A DNA stretch of 36,614 bases from Gemmatimonadales bacterium (GTDB lineage Bacteria; Gemmatimonadota; Gemmatimonadetes; Gemmatimonadales; GWC2-71-9): NCBI GenBank assembly GCA_041599395.1, contig JBFHWR010000003.1, positions 1 through 36,614 of the forward strand, given 5' to 3'. Below the pieces are notes generated by a model, which searched no databases, had not been told where the DNA came from, and saw nothing but the letters and a program-made list of their open reading frames with translations. The position numbers and the translations under genes were made by a program. This document shows positions 1 through 9,132 of this stretch, one piece after another. The first letter of the stretch is position 1. Each line of letters opens with the position of its first letter.

Positions 1-36
1 ACTCGCCACAGAGGACGCAGGATGGATGCCCGCCCC

Positions 37-61
37 ACCCTGAGCTCATTGCCCTCAGGGT
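37..61. other. Inverted repeat / hairpin (ACCCTGAG-9 nt-CTCAGGGT)
   Basis: Perfect 8-bp stem at 37-44/54-61 with GC-rich flanks that may extend pairing. No U-tract, so terminator function is unsupported. Confidence 0.35.
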
Positions 62-124
62 AGCGGAGGGGGGCCGCACACGTGCTATCGACTCGCTGCG
101 CCGCTGCGGATCGAGGCTGACGTT

Positions 125-140
125 TGTGACACACCTCACC
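125..140. promoter_or_regulatory. CRP/FNR-family-like binding site
   Basis: TGTGA-cacacc-TCACC matches 9/10 of TGTGA-N6-TCACA, about 105 nt upstream of the 245 ORF. Confidence 0.35.
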
Positions 141-244
141 GCGAAATGGTAATGGCTACCGCAGGTTGGTGGGCTGTCCTTCGGGTCCCGTGATACGAGA
201 CCGTAGGCGCGCACTGTTTCAAGCGAGATTCGGAAGCCCGCCGC

Positions 245-1852
245 ATGATCAATTCTTGGTTCCCAGCAGCTGACAACCGGCCGGCCACCGAGACCCAGTG
301 TCCGGGAACCCCGAAATCCGATGCGCTTCACAGGCCGATTCGAGCGATGATCGCGGTTGTCGGGCTGCTCATCATGAGTAGTTGTCTCGCAACCGCGGGC
401 GACGAACTTACTAATCCACCATCGGATTCGCTGCCCGCGGACCTCCAGCCAGCAACCGTTTACTACGTTGCCGCAACGCTTGGCGACGACCAAAACGACG
501 GACGATCCCCAGCCTCTCCATGGCGGACAGTCGAAAAGGTGAATGCGACTCTCTTCACACCAGGTACACACGTGCTCTTCAAGCGAGGCGACACGTGGAC
601 GAGCACTCTGGTGATTCCAACCTCTGGCACTCCTGACCAGCCCATCCTTTTCGGGGCGTACGGTCGCGGAGAGCGTCCGATCATTACCGGACAGAGTACT
701 GCACCATTCAGCATTCGTGGCACTGATCGTCACCACATCGTGGTACAAGACCTTGAGCTTGCAGACTGGACGGACGTCGGCTTACAGAATCGTGGCGGTG
801 ACAACTGGGTGGTCCGGAGACTGAGAATCACCGGAGGAGACACCCGGCCACCCGATCACGGAATTCGCTTTGTGAATCAGGATTCACGGAAGATCGATGG
901 GGGCCTCATAGAGCAAAACGTCGTCGGTCCGATCGGTGTAAGCGAGAGGGGTGGCATCTTCTATCAGGGGATTCTCGTTCAAGGAATCGATCACGTCACG
1001 ATTCGCAAGAATACCATCCGCGCAGTCCACGCCGGCGGTATCGCACTCAGCATCGGAGGTGGCGGAATCAATGGTAACATCGGTGCGCTGGTCGAGGACA
1101 ACTTGATCTATGAGTCCACCTCTGGAATCCTTGTTTTTCAGACAAGCTACACAACCGTGCAGTACAATACGATCCGCCATGGCAAGGGACTCGGGATCGG
1201 CGTATCGTACCAGAGCAACTACGTGACGGTGCAGGTGAATCTGATTTATGGACTCGTACGGTTGTTGGAGCCGCATCTCTGGAACGGCATTGACATCGCG
1301 AACGATTCACACCATGGCAAAGTGTACCACAATACAGTCGTCGGGGTGGCACGCCACTCGCTGGTGTTGGCACGAGATGGGAACATCGACCTTCGCGGCT
1401 GGGATATTCGCAACAATATCTTCGATGCGTCCCGAAACGACGGCAGCAACATCCCCGGTTCGATCGATGAGAGAGCCCTGCCGCTCGGTCTGCGCAACGC
1501 AACGGCTTTTACGGAGGATCACGACCTGCTCGTCTCGGCCAACGGCGGGCACGTTGCGAGCGTTGGCCTCGGAGACGGCATTCTATACGACCTCGAAAAC
1601 TATCGAGCAGCTGTCGGGGCCGGTCTGCAATCACAAGACAAGAACCCGCACTTCATCGATCCGGATGCCGGTAATTTTCGGTTACGCCCGGGATCACCCG
1701 CTATTGGTATGGGCGATCGCAGCGCAGGGGTCATGCTGGACATGGATGGTGTGCCGTTTGCCGATCCACCCAGTATTGGGGCCTACGAAATCAGACAGGC
1801 TCCTGCTGACGAACCATTGGCATCACGCCGTGTGGGCGGTTCGATTCGCTAG
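245..1852 (+). CDS. Secreted right-handed parallel beta-helix (pectin-lyase-like) protein
   Basis: N-terminal YYVAATLGDDQNDGRSPASPWRT..K and FKRGDTW motifs; repeated I..N.I beta-helix coils; C-terminal FRLRPGSPAIG..D.DG..PSIGAYE (choice-of-anchor-Q-like). Hydrophobic signal follows the alternative ATG at 347, which may be the true start. Confidence 0.8.
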   Translation: MINSWFPAADNRPATETQCPGTPKSDALHRPIRAMIAVVGLLIMSSCLATAGDELTNPPSDSLPADLQPATVYYVAATLGDDQNDGRSPASPWRTVEKVNATLFTPGTHVLFKRGDTWTSTLVIPTSGTPDQPILFGAYGRGERPIITGQSTAPFSIRGTDRHHIVVQDLELADWTDVGLQNRGGDNWVVRRLRITGGDTRPPDHGIRFVNQDSRKIDGGLIEQNVVGPIGVSERGGIFYQGILVQGIDHVTIRKNTIRAVHAGGIALSIGGGGINGNIGALVEDNLIYESTSGILVFQTSYTTVQYNTIRHGKGLGIGVSYQSNYVTVQVNLIYGLVRLLEPHLWNGIDIANDSHHGKVYHNTVVGVARHSLVLARDGNIDLRGWDIRNNIFDASRNDGSNIPGSIDERALPLGLRNATAFTEDHDLLVSANGGHVASVGLGDGILYDLENYRAAVGAGLQSQDKNPHFIDPDAGNFRLRPGSPAIGMGDRSAGVMLDMDGVPFADPPSIGAYEIRQAPADEPLASRRVGGSIR

Positions 1853-2055
1853 AGCCCGAACCACCCTCCGTAACGTCCGGCGCCAATCTGTCGGCGCTCC
1901 GAACGTGCCAGCACGGTCTTGACGAAGTTTCGACCGAAACGACCGAACAACCAAGAAGTTCGGATGATCACGTGCCTGAGCGACACGCGTGCGACTGCTG
2001 GCCTCTCAAGCGCTCGTGGTGGGACGGTGTTCGCCCTTGGGTCGCCCACGTGCAA
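1849..2055 (-). pseudogene. rmlD: Remnant of dTDP-4-dehydrorhamnose reductase
   Basis: HVIIRTSWLFGRFGRNFVKTVL...QIG matches the internal RmlD motif (H.I.RTSW.YG..G.NFVKTML...DQIG). Directly follows the rmlB stop; lacks the N-terminal Rossmann motif, YxxxK and the C-terminus. Confidence 0.75.
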
Positions 2056-3117
2056 CTACACCTCTAATCCAATCCTCTCGAGCCGGTACGACCCGTTGAG
2101 CACCCGGTCCCACCACCACTGGTTTACGAGATACCATTCAACGGTTTTTCGGAGCCCTCTCTCAAACGGCTCCACCGCCTTCCAGCCCAATTCGGTTTCG
2201 ATCCGAGTTGAATCGATTGCGTATCGCCGATCGTGCCCAGGTCTGTCGTCGACCTGACGAATTAGCTGAACGTAGCTTCCCCGACCTTCTCGCGGACGAA
2301 GTTCGTCTAGCAACACACAAAGACCCCGGATCACTGTTAGGTTGTCCCGACGACACCTCGCTCCAATGTTGTATACCTCGCCTATCCTGCCACGTTCGAG
2401 AACCGCGCGAAGTGCATCGACGTGGTCATCCACAAATATCCAATCCCGGATGTGCTTCCCATCCCCATAGAGCGGGATCGGTTTGCCTGACAGCGCCTGC
2501 AGGATCACGTGGGGGATGAGTTTTTCTGGAAACTGGAACGGGCCGAAGTTGTTGGAGCAGTTCGTGGTCACCACGGGAAGGCCGTACGTATGATGCCAGG
2601 CCCGAACTAGGTGGTCGGCAGCTGCCTTCGTCGCGGCATACGGCGAGTTCGGTGCATATCGGGCTCGCTCGTCCGCCTCAACGCCTGCTCCGACACTCCC
2701 GTACACCTCGTCCGTTGAGACATGCAAGAACCGGAAGCGTGACCCTTCGGCTGAGCCCAAGTCACGCCAGTATCGAGTGCTGACCTCGAGAAGCATCCGA
2801 GTGCCGTCGACGTTCGTGCGCACAAACTGCGCGGGCGTGTCAATTGAACGGTCAACGTGGCTCTCGGCGGCAAGATGCATGACCGCTTCGGGACGGTAGT
2901 TCGCGAAAACATCTCCCAGCGCGTCGCCATCCGCGATGTCGAGGTGCACAAAGTGATACGAGGGCGATTGCTCAACGGTCAGAAGTGAATCCAAATTTCC
3001 GGCATAGGTCAGCGCGTCCACGTTGACCACGCAGGGGGTGCCCACCCCAACCAATTTCCGAACAACCGCAGATCCGATGAAGCCAGCTCCTCCAGTGACC
3101 AGCACCCGCTTGAACAT
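2056..3117 (-). CDS. rmlB: dTDP-glucose 4,6-dehydratase
   Basis: VTGGAGFIGS, DALTYAGN, HLAAESHVDRS, STDEVYG, PNSPYAATK, DRPGHDRRYA motifs; strong SD (AGGAGG). Confidence 0.97.
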   Translation of the reverse strand: MFKRVLVTGGAGFIGSAVVRKLVGVGTPCVVNVDALTYAGNLDSLLTVEQSPSYHFVHLDIADGDALGDVFANYRPEAVMHLAAESHVDRSIDTPAQFVRTNVDGTRMLLEVSTRYWRDLGSAEGSRFRFLHVSTDEVYGSVGAGVEADERARYAPNSPYAATKAAADHLVRAWHHTYGLPVVTTNCSNNFGPFQFPEKLIPHVILQALSGKPIPLYGDGKHIRDWIFVDDHVDALRAVLERGRIGEVYNIGARCRRDNLTVIRGLCVLLDELRPREGRGSYVQLIRQVDDRPGHDRRYAIDSTRIETELGWKAVEPFERGLRKTVEWYLVNQWWWDRVLNGSYRLERIGLEV

Positions 3118-3172
3118 CCACCCCCTCCTATTGACCGTTCAAAGCCGTAAAGGCTCCTCCACCTGCGTCGGC

Positions 3173-4519
3173 TTATTGCCTAGTCACTCCTTCCATGGGA
3201 CGACGCGCGACGACCGCGTAGAAAGGAAACGGTCGAATCCCGAGGATCTTCGTGGAAAGAAGTGATGCTAGAACGTTCTGGAGCACCAAGGCGACTGCAC
3301 TCGCCGAAGCTGCACCCATGATTCCGTATGGAGGGATCAGGAGGACGCAGGCGACGCCATAGGCGACAGCCGCGATGCTCGTCGCGAGCCACAGCGCCCG
3401 ATCGTTGTCGGTCATCATCAGCAAGTACCCCACCGACCCCACAACAACACTGACGTACTGTGCAACGGCCATCACACGCAATGCGCCGGCCGCGACGACG
3501 AATTCAGATCCAAACAATCCCATCACCAGCTCGGGCACCAGAACGCAGGGGAGAAGCAACGGTGCCGCAGCGAGGGATGTGTACTTGGCTGACTTCCCTG
3601 CCAAATGGGCCAGTCCACGCATATCGCCGCGGTGAAAGAGCACGGCGAAGCGAGGCGCTAGAATGGCGTTAGCGGCAAGCAACACTGATCCGACGAGGAG
3701 CGACGTCCTCCAGGCAACCGCAAATTCGCCAACCTCGGCGGCGGGTCGCCACAGTCCGAGCAGGAGGGGACCAAACCATGCCATGCTGTAGTTGATCAGC
3801 GATACCCAGAAGAGAGGCCGCGCCGCACGTGCCAATCCCCAATGCTCGCCGCTGTTGGTTCTGGGCGCGGCCGCCAGCGCGGGCGTGAGGCGCCACGAGA
3901 AGAACGCGAGGAGAGCAGCAAGCACTGCACCAAGCGTATAGGCCGCCGCCGCGGAATCGGCGCTTCCCCACTCTCCCAACCACAGCAGTGTCGCGGTTGC
4001 GCACAGCGGCAAGGCAACGCTTCGAAAAAACTGCGCTTCGCGAACGCGTTCGATGCCACGGAGCAGCTCAGCGTGAAGGAAGAGGAGCGCATGGGCGCCA
4101 ATGCCAACTGCCAACCACTTCAGCGGCAGCGTGAGTTCTGGTTTGCCGAACACCAACCTGCTCACCCCGCTCGCGCCAAGATACACTACGACGGTCAATA
4201 TGACGGAAGCGGCAGCGACCAGCGTGGTTCCTGAACGTGCGGTCCGCCGGACAGCAGACCACCTGGTATCTGCTGCTTGCTGAGCGACCCTTCGCAGCAC
4301 AACATTGTCCAAGCCGAGGCGGCTCACTGTGCTCGCCCCCGCCAGGACGGCGAGTCCGATGAAGATCAGGCCCGTTGCGGCAGCACCAACGACGCGGGCA
4401 AGCACCAGGCTGTACACGAACGACGCCACCGCTCCAAAGCCAAGGAGTAGAAAGACGAAGAACGCTTCCGTGCTGATTCCAAGGGCTAGTCGGCGATCGA
4501 CGAACTTCACGCGAGGCAA
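3173..4519 (-). CDS. wzx: Wzx-type oligosaccharide flippase (MOP superfamily)
   Basis: Many TM segments; LARVVG, LLLGLWRPAAEVGEF, ILAPRFA, LLIPPYGIMGAA motifs typical of polysaccharide flippases; cluster context. Confidence 0.88.
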   Translation of the reverse strand: MPRVKFVDRRLALGISTEAFFVFLLLGFGAVASFVYSLVLARVVGAAATGLIFIGLAVLAGASTVSRLGLDNVVLRRVAQQAADTRWSAVRRTARSGTTLVAAASVILTVVVYLGASGVSRLVFGKPELTLPLKWLAVGIGAHALLFLHAELLRGIERVREAQFFRSVALPLCATATLLWLGEWGSADSAAAAYTLGAVLAALLAFFSWRLTPALAAAPRTNSGEHWGLARAARPLFWVSLINYSMAWFGPLLLGLWRPAAEVGEFAVAWRTSLLVGSVLLAANAILAPRFAVLFHRGDMRGLAHLAGKSAKYTSLAAAPLLLPCVLVPELVMGLFGSEFVVAAGALRVMAVAQYVSVVVGSVGYLLMMTDNDRALWLATSIAAVAYGVACVLLIPPYGIMGAASASAVALVLQNVLASLLSTKILGIRPFPFYAVVARRPMEGVTRQ

Positions 4520-4550
4520 GCGACACTCCGCAGGTCATGAGCATACCGCA

Positions 4551-5450
4551 CTAGTCTTGCCACGCCTTCCACGGAGTCCGCCGCCCAATCAGGGACTCCA
4601 GTAATCGCACGTGGTCTCCGTAATACCGGGTCAGCAGCGCCCGAGTCTCCGGGCCGATCGAATCAGGAACGCTCCGCTGGACATTCCACTCGGTGTCGAG
4701 CCAGAACCCAACGGCGCGACGGGTCTGCGCCGGGACGACGGCTCGCGCGATGCGTCTCGATGCCCGATACCAGAGCTTCTGTTGCATGCTCTCGGACCGC
4801 GCCTCTCCTCCAACGTTGAATCGCGTTCCAAGGACCGACACGTGAAAGTCCTCGTCGACCCCGAGGAACTGAAACACCGAGCGCACAACGGCCTCACCCT
4901 CGTGGGCGAGATCCTCGAGAAAAATGACACACATTCGCTCATGTCCGAACGTATCAAAGAACGGTTCGAGCTGTCGTCCATATTCTCCAAGTGCCAGGAT
5001 GTCCGTATTCTCATCCAACGTCGTTCTCACCGTCGATGCCGCAGCCGCCTGCCTGGCCACTGCCTGGTCGAAGGAGTCCGCGAAGAAGCCCCGTCTTCGC
5101 GACATGCGGTAATGGGAGTGTGCACGAGCAATGGGATCGCGGAGAATAGCCACTAACTTCACGAACGGGCAGTGCGCCCGAATATGGGCCGCAACATTGG
5201 GCGTGAACATGTAACGGGGTGACGCCTCTCCCCAGATCTGCTGCTCACTCGCCCGAGAGAAATACGCTGAAAGGTACGATTCGATCCCGAGGCGGACCCT
5301 CTCCGGATCTGACCAGAAGTTGGCTTCTTTCTCGGGCGGCATAAAGATGTTTGGGTGAGACGCCAAGTATCTCGAGAGAGACGTCGTGCCCGCTTTTTGA
5401 GCACCAATGATCAAGAAATCTGGACGCGCGCATTCCATGGCTGAGGTCAC
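4551..5450 (-). CDS. PAPS-dependent sulfotransferase (Sulfotransfer_1/3 family)
   Basis: PDFLIIGAQKAGTTSL (5'-PSB loop), KEANFW, GEASPRY, LRDPIARAHS (3'-PB). Start set at GTG 5450, overlapping the upstream stop (GTGA); ATG 5438 is an alternative. Confidence 0.93.
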   Translation of the reverse strand: MTSAMECARPDFLIIGAQKAGTTSLSRYLASHPNIFMPPEKEANFWSDPERVRLGIESYLSAYFSRASEQQIWGEASPRYMFTPNVAAHIRAHCPFVKLVAILRDPIARAHSHYRMSRRRGFFADSFDQAVARQAAAASTVRTTLDENTDILALGEYGRQLEPFFDTFGHERMCVIFLEDLAHEGEAVVRSVFQFLGVDEDFHVSVLGTRFNVGGEARSESMQQKLWYRASRRIARAVVPAQTRRAVGFWLDTEWNVQRSVPDSIGPETRALLTRYYGDHVRLLESLIGRRTPWKAWQD

Positions 5451-6187
5451 TGATTCGAAAAACAGGCGCGGAGGGCTGATAACCGCTCCACTGCTCTCTT
5501 CCCCGAGCGCCAGTTCTCGGACGGCCAACCGTGCCGTACACAGAGCGTGGCCAATGCAGGCTCCGGACAGACGGCGACCGGCTGACCCACCTGTCGTAGC
5601 AGTGGAGCATCAACAGCGCTATCAGCATAAAACGCGATCTGTCCCGTCGTGAAACCAGTAGCGGACGCAATGGACAACACACGCCGCGCTTTTTCCTCTC
5701 CAACACAGTCGCTTCCGTCGAGGATCCCCTGGAACCGCTGCTCGCTATCGAAGGCGATCTCGGTGGCGACGACGTCATCGAAACCCAGGATGTCCGCAAT
5801 ATGGCGGGCGTAGAACGCTGGGGCCCCTGTGGCGAGAAGGACCGTGTCACGCCGCCGCCGATGCCATGCTATGCGATCAACGGCCACCCTCCGCGTAAAC
5901 CGCTCAGTAACCAACCGTGCAAAACGTCGACCGATCACGTCGATCTCGTTTGATCGCAGTCCCCGGAGCGACTCCAAACACAACAGCCTGAGGTCATGGC
6001 GGTGACTAATTCCAAGTTTCTTGGCGATCGAGCCAAACGCCAGCCTCGGTAGTTGACTCTTCGGATACCGCCAAAGCCTCCGCCAGAAAAACAGTTTCAC
6101 AGTCTCCGACCCCACCACCGTGCCATCCAGATCCATCACCGCGAGCACCGCGCGGGAGCCGGTCATGCTGACCACCTCTGGCCCCAT
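5447..6187 (-). CDS. HAD-IB family phosphatase
   Basis: All four HAD motifs: DLDGT, LATG, EEK, YADSAVD; ends with PVAVCP. Confidence 0.9.
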   Translation of the reverse strand: MGPEVVSMTGSRAVLAVMDLDGTVVGSETVKLFFWRRLWRYPKSQLPRLAFGSIAKKLGISHRHDLRLLCLESLRGLRSNEIDVIGRRFARLVTERFTRRVAVDRIAWHRRRRDTVLLATGAPAFYARHIADILGFDDVVATEIAFDSEQRFQGILDGSDCVGEEKARRVLSIASATGFTTGQIAFYADSAVDAPLLRQVGQPVAVCPEPALATLCVRHGWPSENWRSGKRAVERLSALRACFSNQ

Positions 6188-6188
6188 C

Positions 6189-7214
6189 TCATGTGTGGTG
6201 AAACCACGATTCCACCGATCCCGCGTGGCGGTCTCTCCGTCGCATCAAGATCCTGCGCTTGCGCAGTCCACTCGGTACCGTCTTCGCCACTGCGGCGAGC
6301 GCACCGAGATTGTAGGGCTCCATGAACAGCAGCCAGAGAAGTGCTCGCACCTCACCTACCAGCAGCCAGATCCCGTCTTGCAAGGGACCCCTCGGGCGAG
6401 CGTTCTTGAGCAACATGAGCCGGTGATTGCGAAAGGCGTAGTACTGCTGCATTGGACTCAGCCCGTTCCGCCCCGTAACCGCGCCGCGCCGGGTGGTCCG
6501 ATCAACGATTCCGGTTCCTCGAACGTGGTACGCGACGGCGCGCGGCACATAGGCACACGACCACCCGAGCAGCCTGAGCCTCCAGCAAAGATCTACGTCC
6601 TCTTTGTACATGAAGAACTGCTCGTCAAACACCTCACCCTCAATCGCCGCGTCATCAAGCGCCTCCCGACGCAGCATCATACAATGCCCGGTAACACCAA
6701 AGACCTCACCACCCTCTTCAAACTGTCCCTCGTCCTTCGAGCCACAGCCTCGATCTAAGACCCGCCTGGTACGCGTGCACATCAGTCCCGTAGAGTCCAC
6801 GATACCCGTGCCCGCTCGCTCCTTCGGATCCCATTGCAAGGTTTTCCCGCAAACAGCAGCGATCCTCGTCGAGCTGACGATGGGCTCCACGGCAGCCGCG
6901 ACAAAACCGGGGTCGAGAACAACATCCGGATTCAAAATGAGCACGCACGCGCTCTTCGTCAGTCCTATGCCGGCATTCGCGCCGAATCCGAAACCCCCAT
7001 TGTGCATGCTTGCCAAGACGACCACTCCCGGATACGTCCGGGCGACGAATTCCGTCGACCCATCGTGAGACGCATTGTCCACAAAGACCACTTCATCAAA
7101 CGGCTTCGTTTGACGATGGAGCGCGTCGAAACAGTCCCGCAAATACGAGAGACTATTGAAGCCAATCACCACTGCCGCAACACTCAACTCGCTGTCGCGT
7201 CGGTCACGATTCAT
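6189..7214 (-). CDS. GT2 glycosyltransferase (WbbL/rhamnosyltransferase-like)
   Basis: VDNASHDGS, NGGFGFGANAG, LNPD, FMYKEDVDLCWRL. ATG at 7214 overlaps the upstream TGA (ATGA). Confidence 0.93.
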   Translation of the reverse strand: MNRDRRDSELSVAAVVIGFNSLSYLRDCFDALHRQTKPFDEVVFVDNASHDGSTEFVARTYPGVVVLASMHNGGFGFGANAGIGLTKSACVLILNPDVVLDPGFVAAAVEPIVSSTRIAAVCGKTLQWDPKERAGTGIVDSTGLMCTRTRRVLDRGCGSKDEGQFEEGGEVFGVTGHCMMLRREALDDAAIEGEVFDEQFFMYKEDVDLCWRLRLLGWSCAYVPRAVAYHVRGTGIVDRTTRRGAVTGRNGLSPMQQYYAFRNHRLMLLKNARPRGPLQDGIWLLVGEVRALLWLLFMEPYNLGALAAVAKTVPSGLRKRRILMRRRDRHAGSVESWFHHT

Positions 7215-7822
7215 CGCCAGCGCTGCTCCGGTGCATTCCTCTGTTTGCAGTAGTCGAGGAAGCGCGCATAGTCGTGGGAATCCCGTGACCACGGGAACGA
7301 GAGATTTCGCAACTGAAAGACGGCGATGTCCGCAGTCACTCGCGAGGTTGAATACATTTGCGTGAGAACCGCCACGAGCACAGCGTCCCGCTTGACGCCT
7401 TGACGCTGGAGCCGACGCAGCAGTTCAATCATCGTTGCACCGGTGTCGAGCGAGTCATCAATAACGACGGGTCTCTTCGGTGCCGGCTCAAGCGACCCAA
7501 CAACCTGACGCCGAGAGAGCGCGCGGTAGAGGCCAGTGGCCATCTCCATGCGCCGAAGAAATTGCTTGCCAGAGTGGGGGAGATGACGAAGCGGCACCAT
7601 GCGCTTGAGTCCCGTCAACGGACGGGTGATTCGGATCGTGGACACCGGAAGGCCGAGCGCTTCACCGACGATGAGCGCCGGCATCACGCCCCCCGTGGCG
7701 ATTCCCAAAACGCCATCTGCGTCAAAGCCACTCTCACTCACCGCGGCGGCCAGCTGCAGCGACGCTCTGTACGCCTCATCGAAATCGAGCGTCTCGATCC
7801 GCACCTCCGAGCCCGATGTCAA
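7211..7822 (-). CDS. Type I phosphoribosyltransferase
   Basis: VLGIATGGVMPA PPi loop and VVIDDSLDTGATM PRPP-binding motif; FPW near the C-terminus. TTG at 7822 overlaps the upstream TGA (TTGA). Confidence 0.88.
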   Translation of the reverse strand: MTSGSEVRIETLDFDEAYRASLQLAAAVSESGFDADGVLGIATGGVMPALIVGEALGLPVSTIRITRPLTGLKRMVPLRHLPHSGKQFLRRMEMATGLYRALSRRQVVGSLEPAPKRPVVIDDSLDTGATMIELLRRLQRQGVKRDAVLVAVLTQMYSTSRVTADIAVFQLRNLSFPWSRDSHDYARFLDYCKQRNAPEQRWR

Positions 7823-9132
7823 CTTGTCGCTCCTACGCGTCGACCGCGCAGGGGTCCCGGCCGGTCCGCGGCCACCGCGACTATGCCCACGATCACCCAG
7901 AAGTACACCTGGTATATCCAATCGCCCAGAAACAGATAGGACAGCTGGGCGATCAAGACCGCCTCACATGCCGGTGCAACCCAGTTTTTGTGCTCCCTGC
8001 CGTGGCGCGCTGCCTCGTGGACCCGTCGCCAGACCAGGCTCAGGAACACGAGGAACCCTCCCAGGGCAACAATGCCGCTCTCGGACCACAGGCGTAGATA
8101 GGCGTTGTGCGGCGCTCGGTCTCCCTTCCCCCGTCCGTGGTACTTACCAGCGCCCTGGCCGATGAGCGGACTGTCGCCGATCGACTCCAGCGTCTGGTTG
8201 AAGTTCCGCAAGCGTAACGGAGTGGTGTTGCTCATGATGAGCGGAGGTTCTCCAAAGAAATCTCGGATGGTGACCTGTTGCTGATCGGGTGACAGGGCCA
8301 CCTTGACCCGATCGCGGACTGGCGCGAAGAGAAGGGGCACGGCAACCATGCCGAGGAGCACGAGATGTGGCCGCCACCCCTTTGAGCGTGCGGCCAAGAC
8401 CATCACGCCGACGATGGTTGCAAGCCAGGCACCTCTCGAATACGAAAGCACGAGCGCTACGACGAGAAGGATCAGCATCACACCCCACAACACGACGGGA
8501 ACCGTGCGGCGCGCGCCGAACAGCAGCCGCCCCAGCATCAGGAGGATCGCAACGCTGAAGAGATAGGCGCCGGTATTTGTTGCGGGATTCACGTTACCTG
8601 GGTTTGCACGCCATGCAGCGCCCGTTGCGTACTGATAGAGCGCCTGGATCGCCAAGGCACAGGCGACCGCGACAAGCCATGGGACCATTCGGCGGGCGGA
8701 CTGCCACGAGGAGAGCGTGCTGACAATCAAGACGTAAATCGCGACGTACACCACGGCCTCAGCGACCACCCCCATCGCCACCCCCGGGTCTTTCGCGACA
8801 TTTGCGGAGAAGCCCACTGCAAGCACCATGAATCCCAACGCAAAGCCACCGGCTCGCACGACTCGTGTCCCGGCTCCCGGAAGCTTTCCGGACCGCCACG
8901 CATAGGCAGCCGCGACCGCGATCGGAACGAGAGCGGCCATCATCAGCGGAATCTGCATCCTGCCAACGGTGATTCGCCCCCACCAAAAAAACGAAGTGAA
9001 CCACGTCAACACGAAGATCCCCCACAACAACTCAAAGAACCGATCTGCACCGCGCGGTGAGTCAGGCAGGAAGGATGGGTCGGGATAGTCGAGCCCGACA
9101 CCGCGCGGAACGGTCACGAGATGCCGGCTCAC
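7819..9132 (-). CDS. wzy: Wzy_C / O-antigen ligase-family membrane protein, likely the polymerase
   Basis: Multi-TM; LSYSRGAW, PLIGQGAG, PHNAYLRLWSESGIVAL motifs; clustered with wzx, wza and wzc. Confidence 0.82.
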   Translation of the reverse strand: MSRHLVTVPRGVGLDYPDPSFLPDSPRGADRFFELLWGIFVLTWFTSFFWWGRITVGRMQIPLMMAALVPIAVAAAYAWRSGKLPGAGTRVVRAGGFALGFMVLAVGFSANVAKDPGVAMGVVAEAVVYVAIYVLIVSTLSSWQSARRMVPWLVAVACALAIQALYQYATGAAWRANPGNVNPATNTGAYLFSVAILLMLGRLLFGARRTVPVVLWGVMLILLVVALVLSYSRGAWLATIVGVMVLAARSKGWRPHLVLLGMVAVPLLFAPVRDRVKVALSPDQQQVTIRDFFGEPPLIMSNTTPLRLRNFNQTLESIGDSPLIGQGAGKYHGRGKGDRAPHNAYLRLWSESGIVALGGFLVFLSLVWRRVHEAARHGREHKNWVAPACEAVLIAQLSYLFLGDWIYQVYFWVIVGIVAVAADRPGPLRGRRVGATS

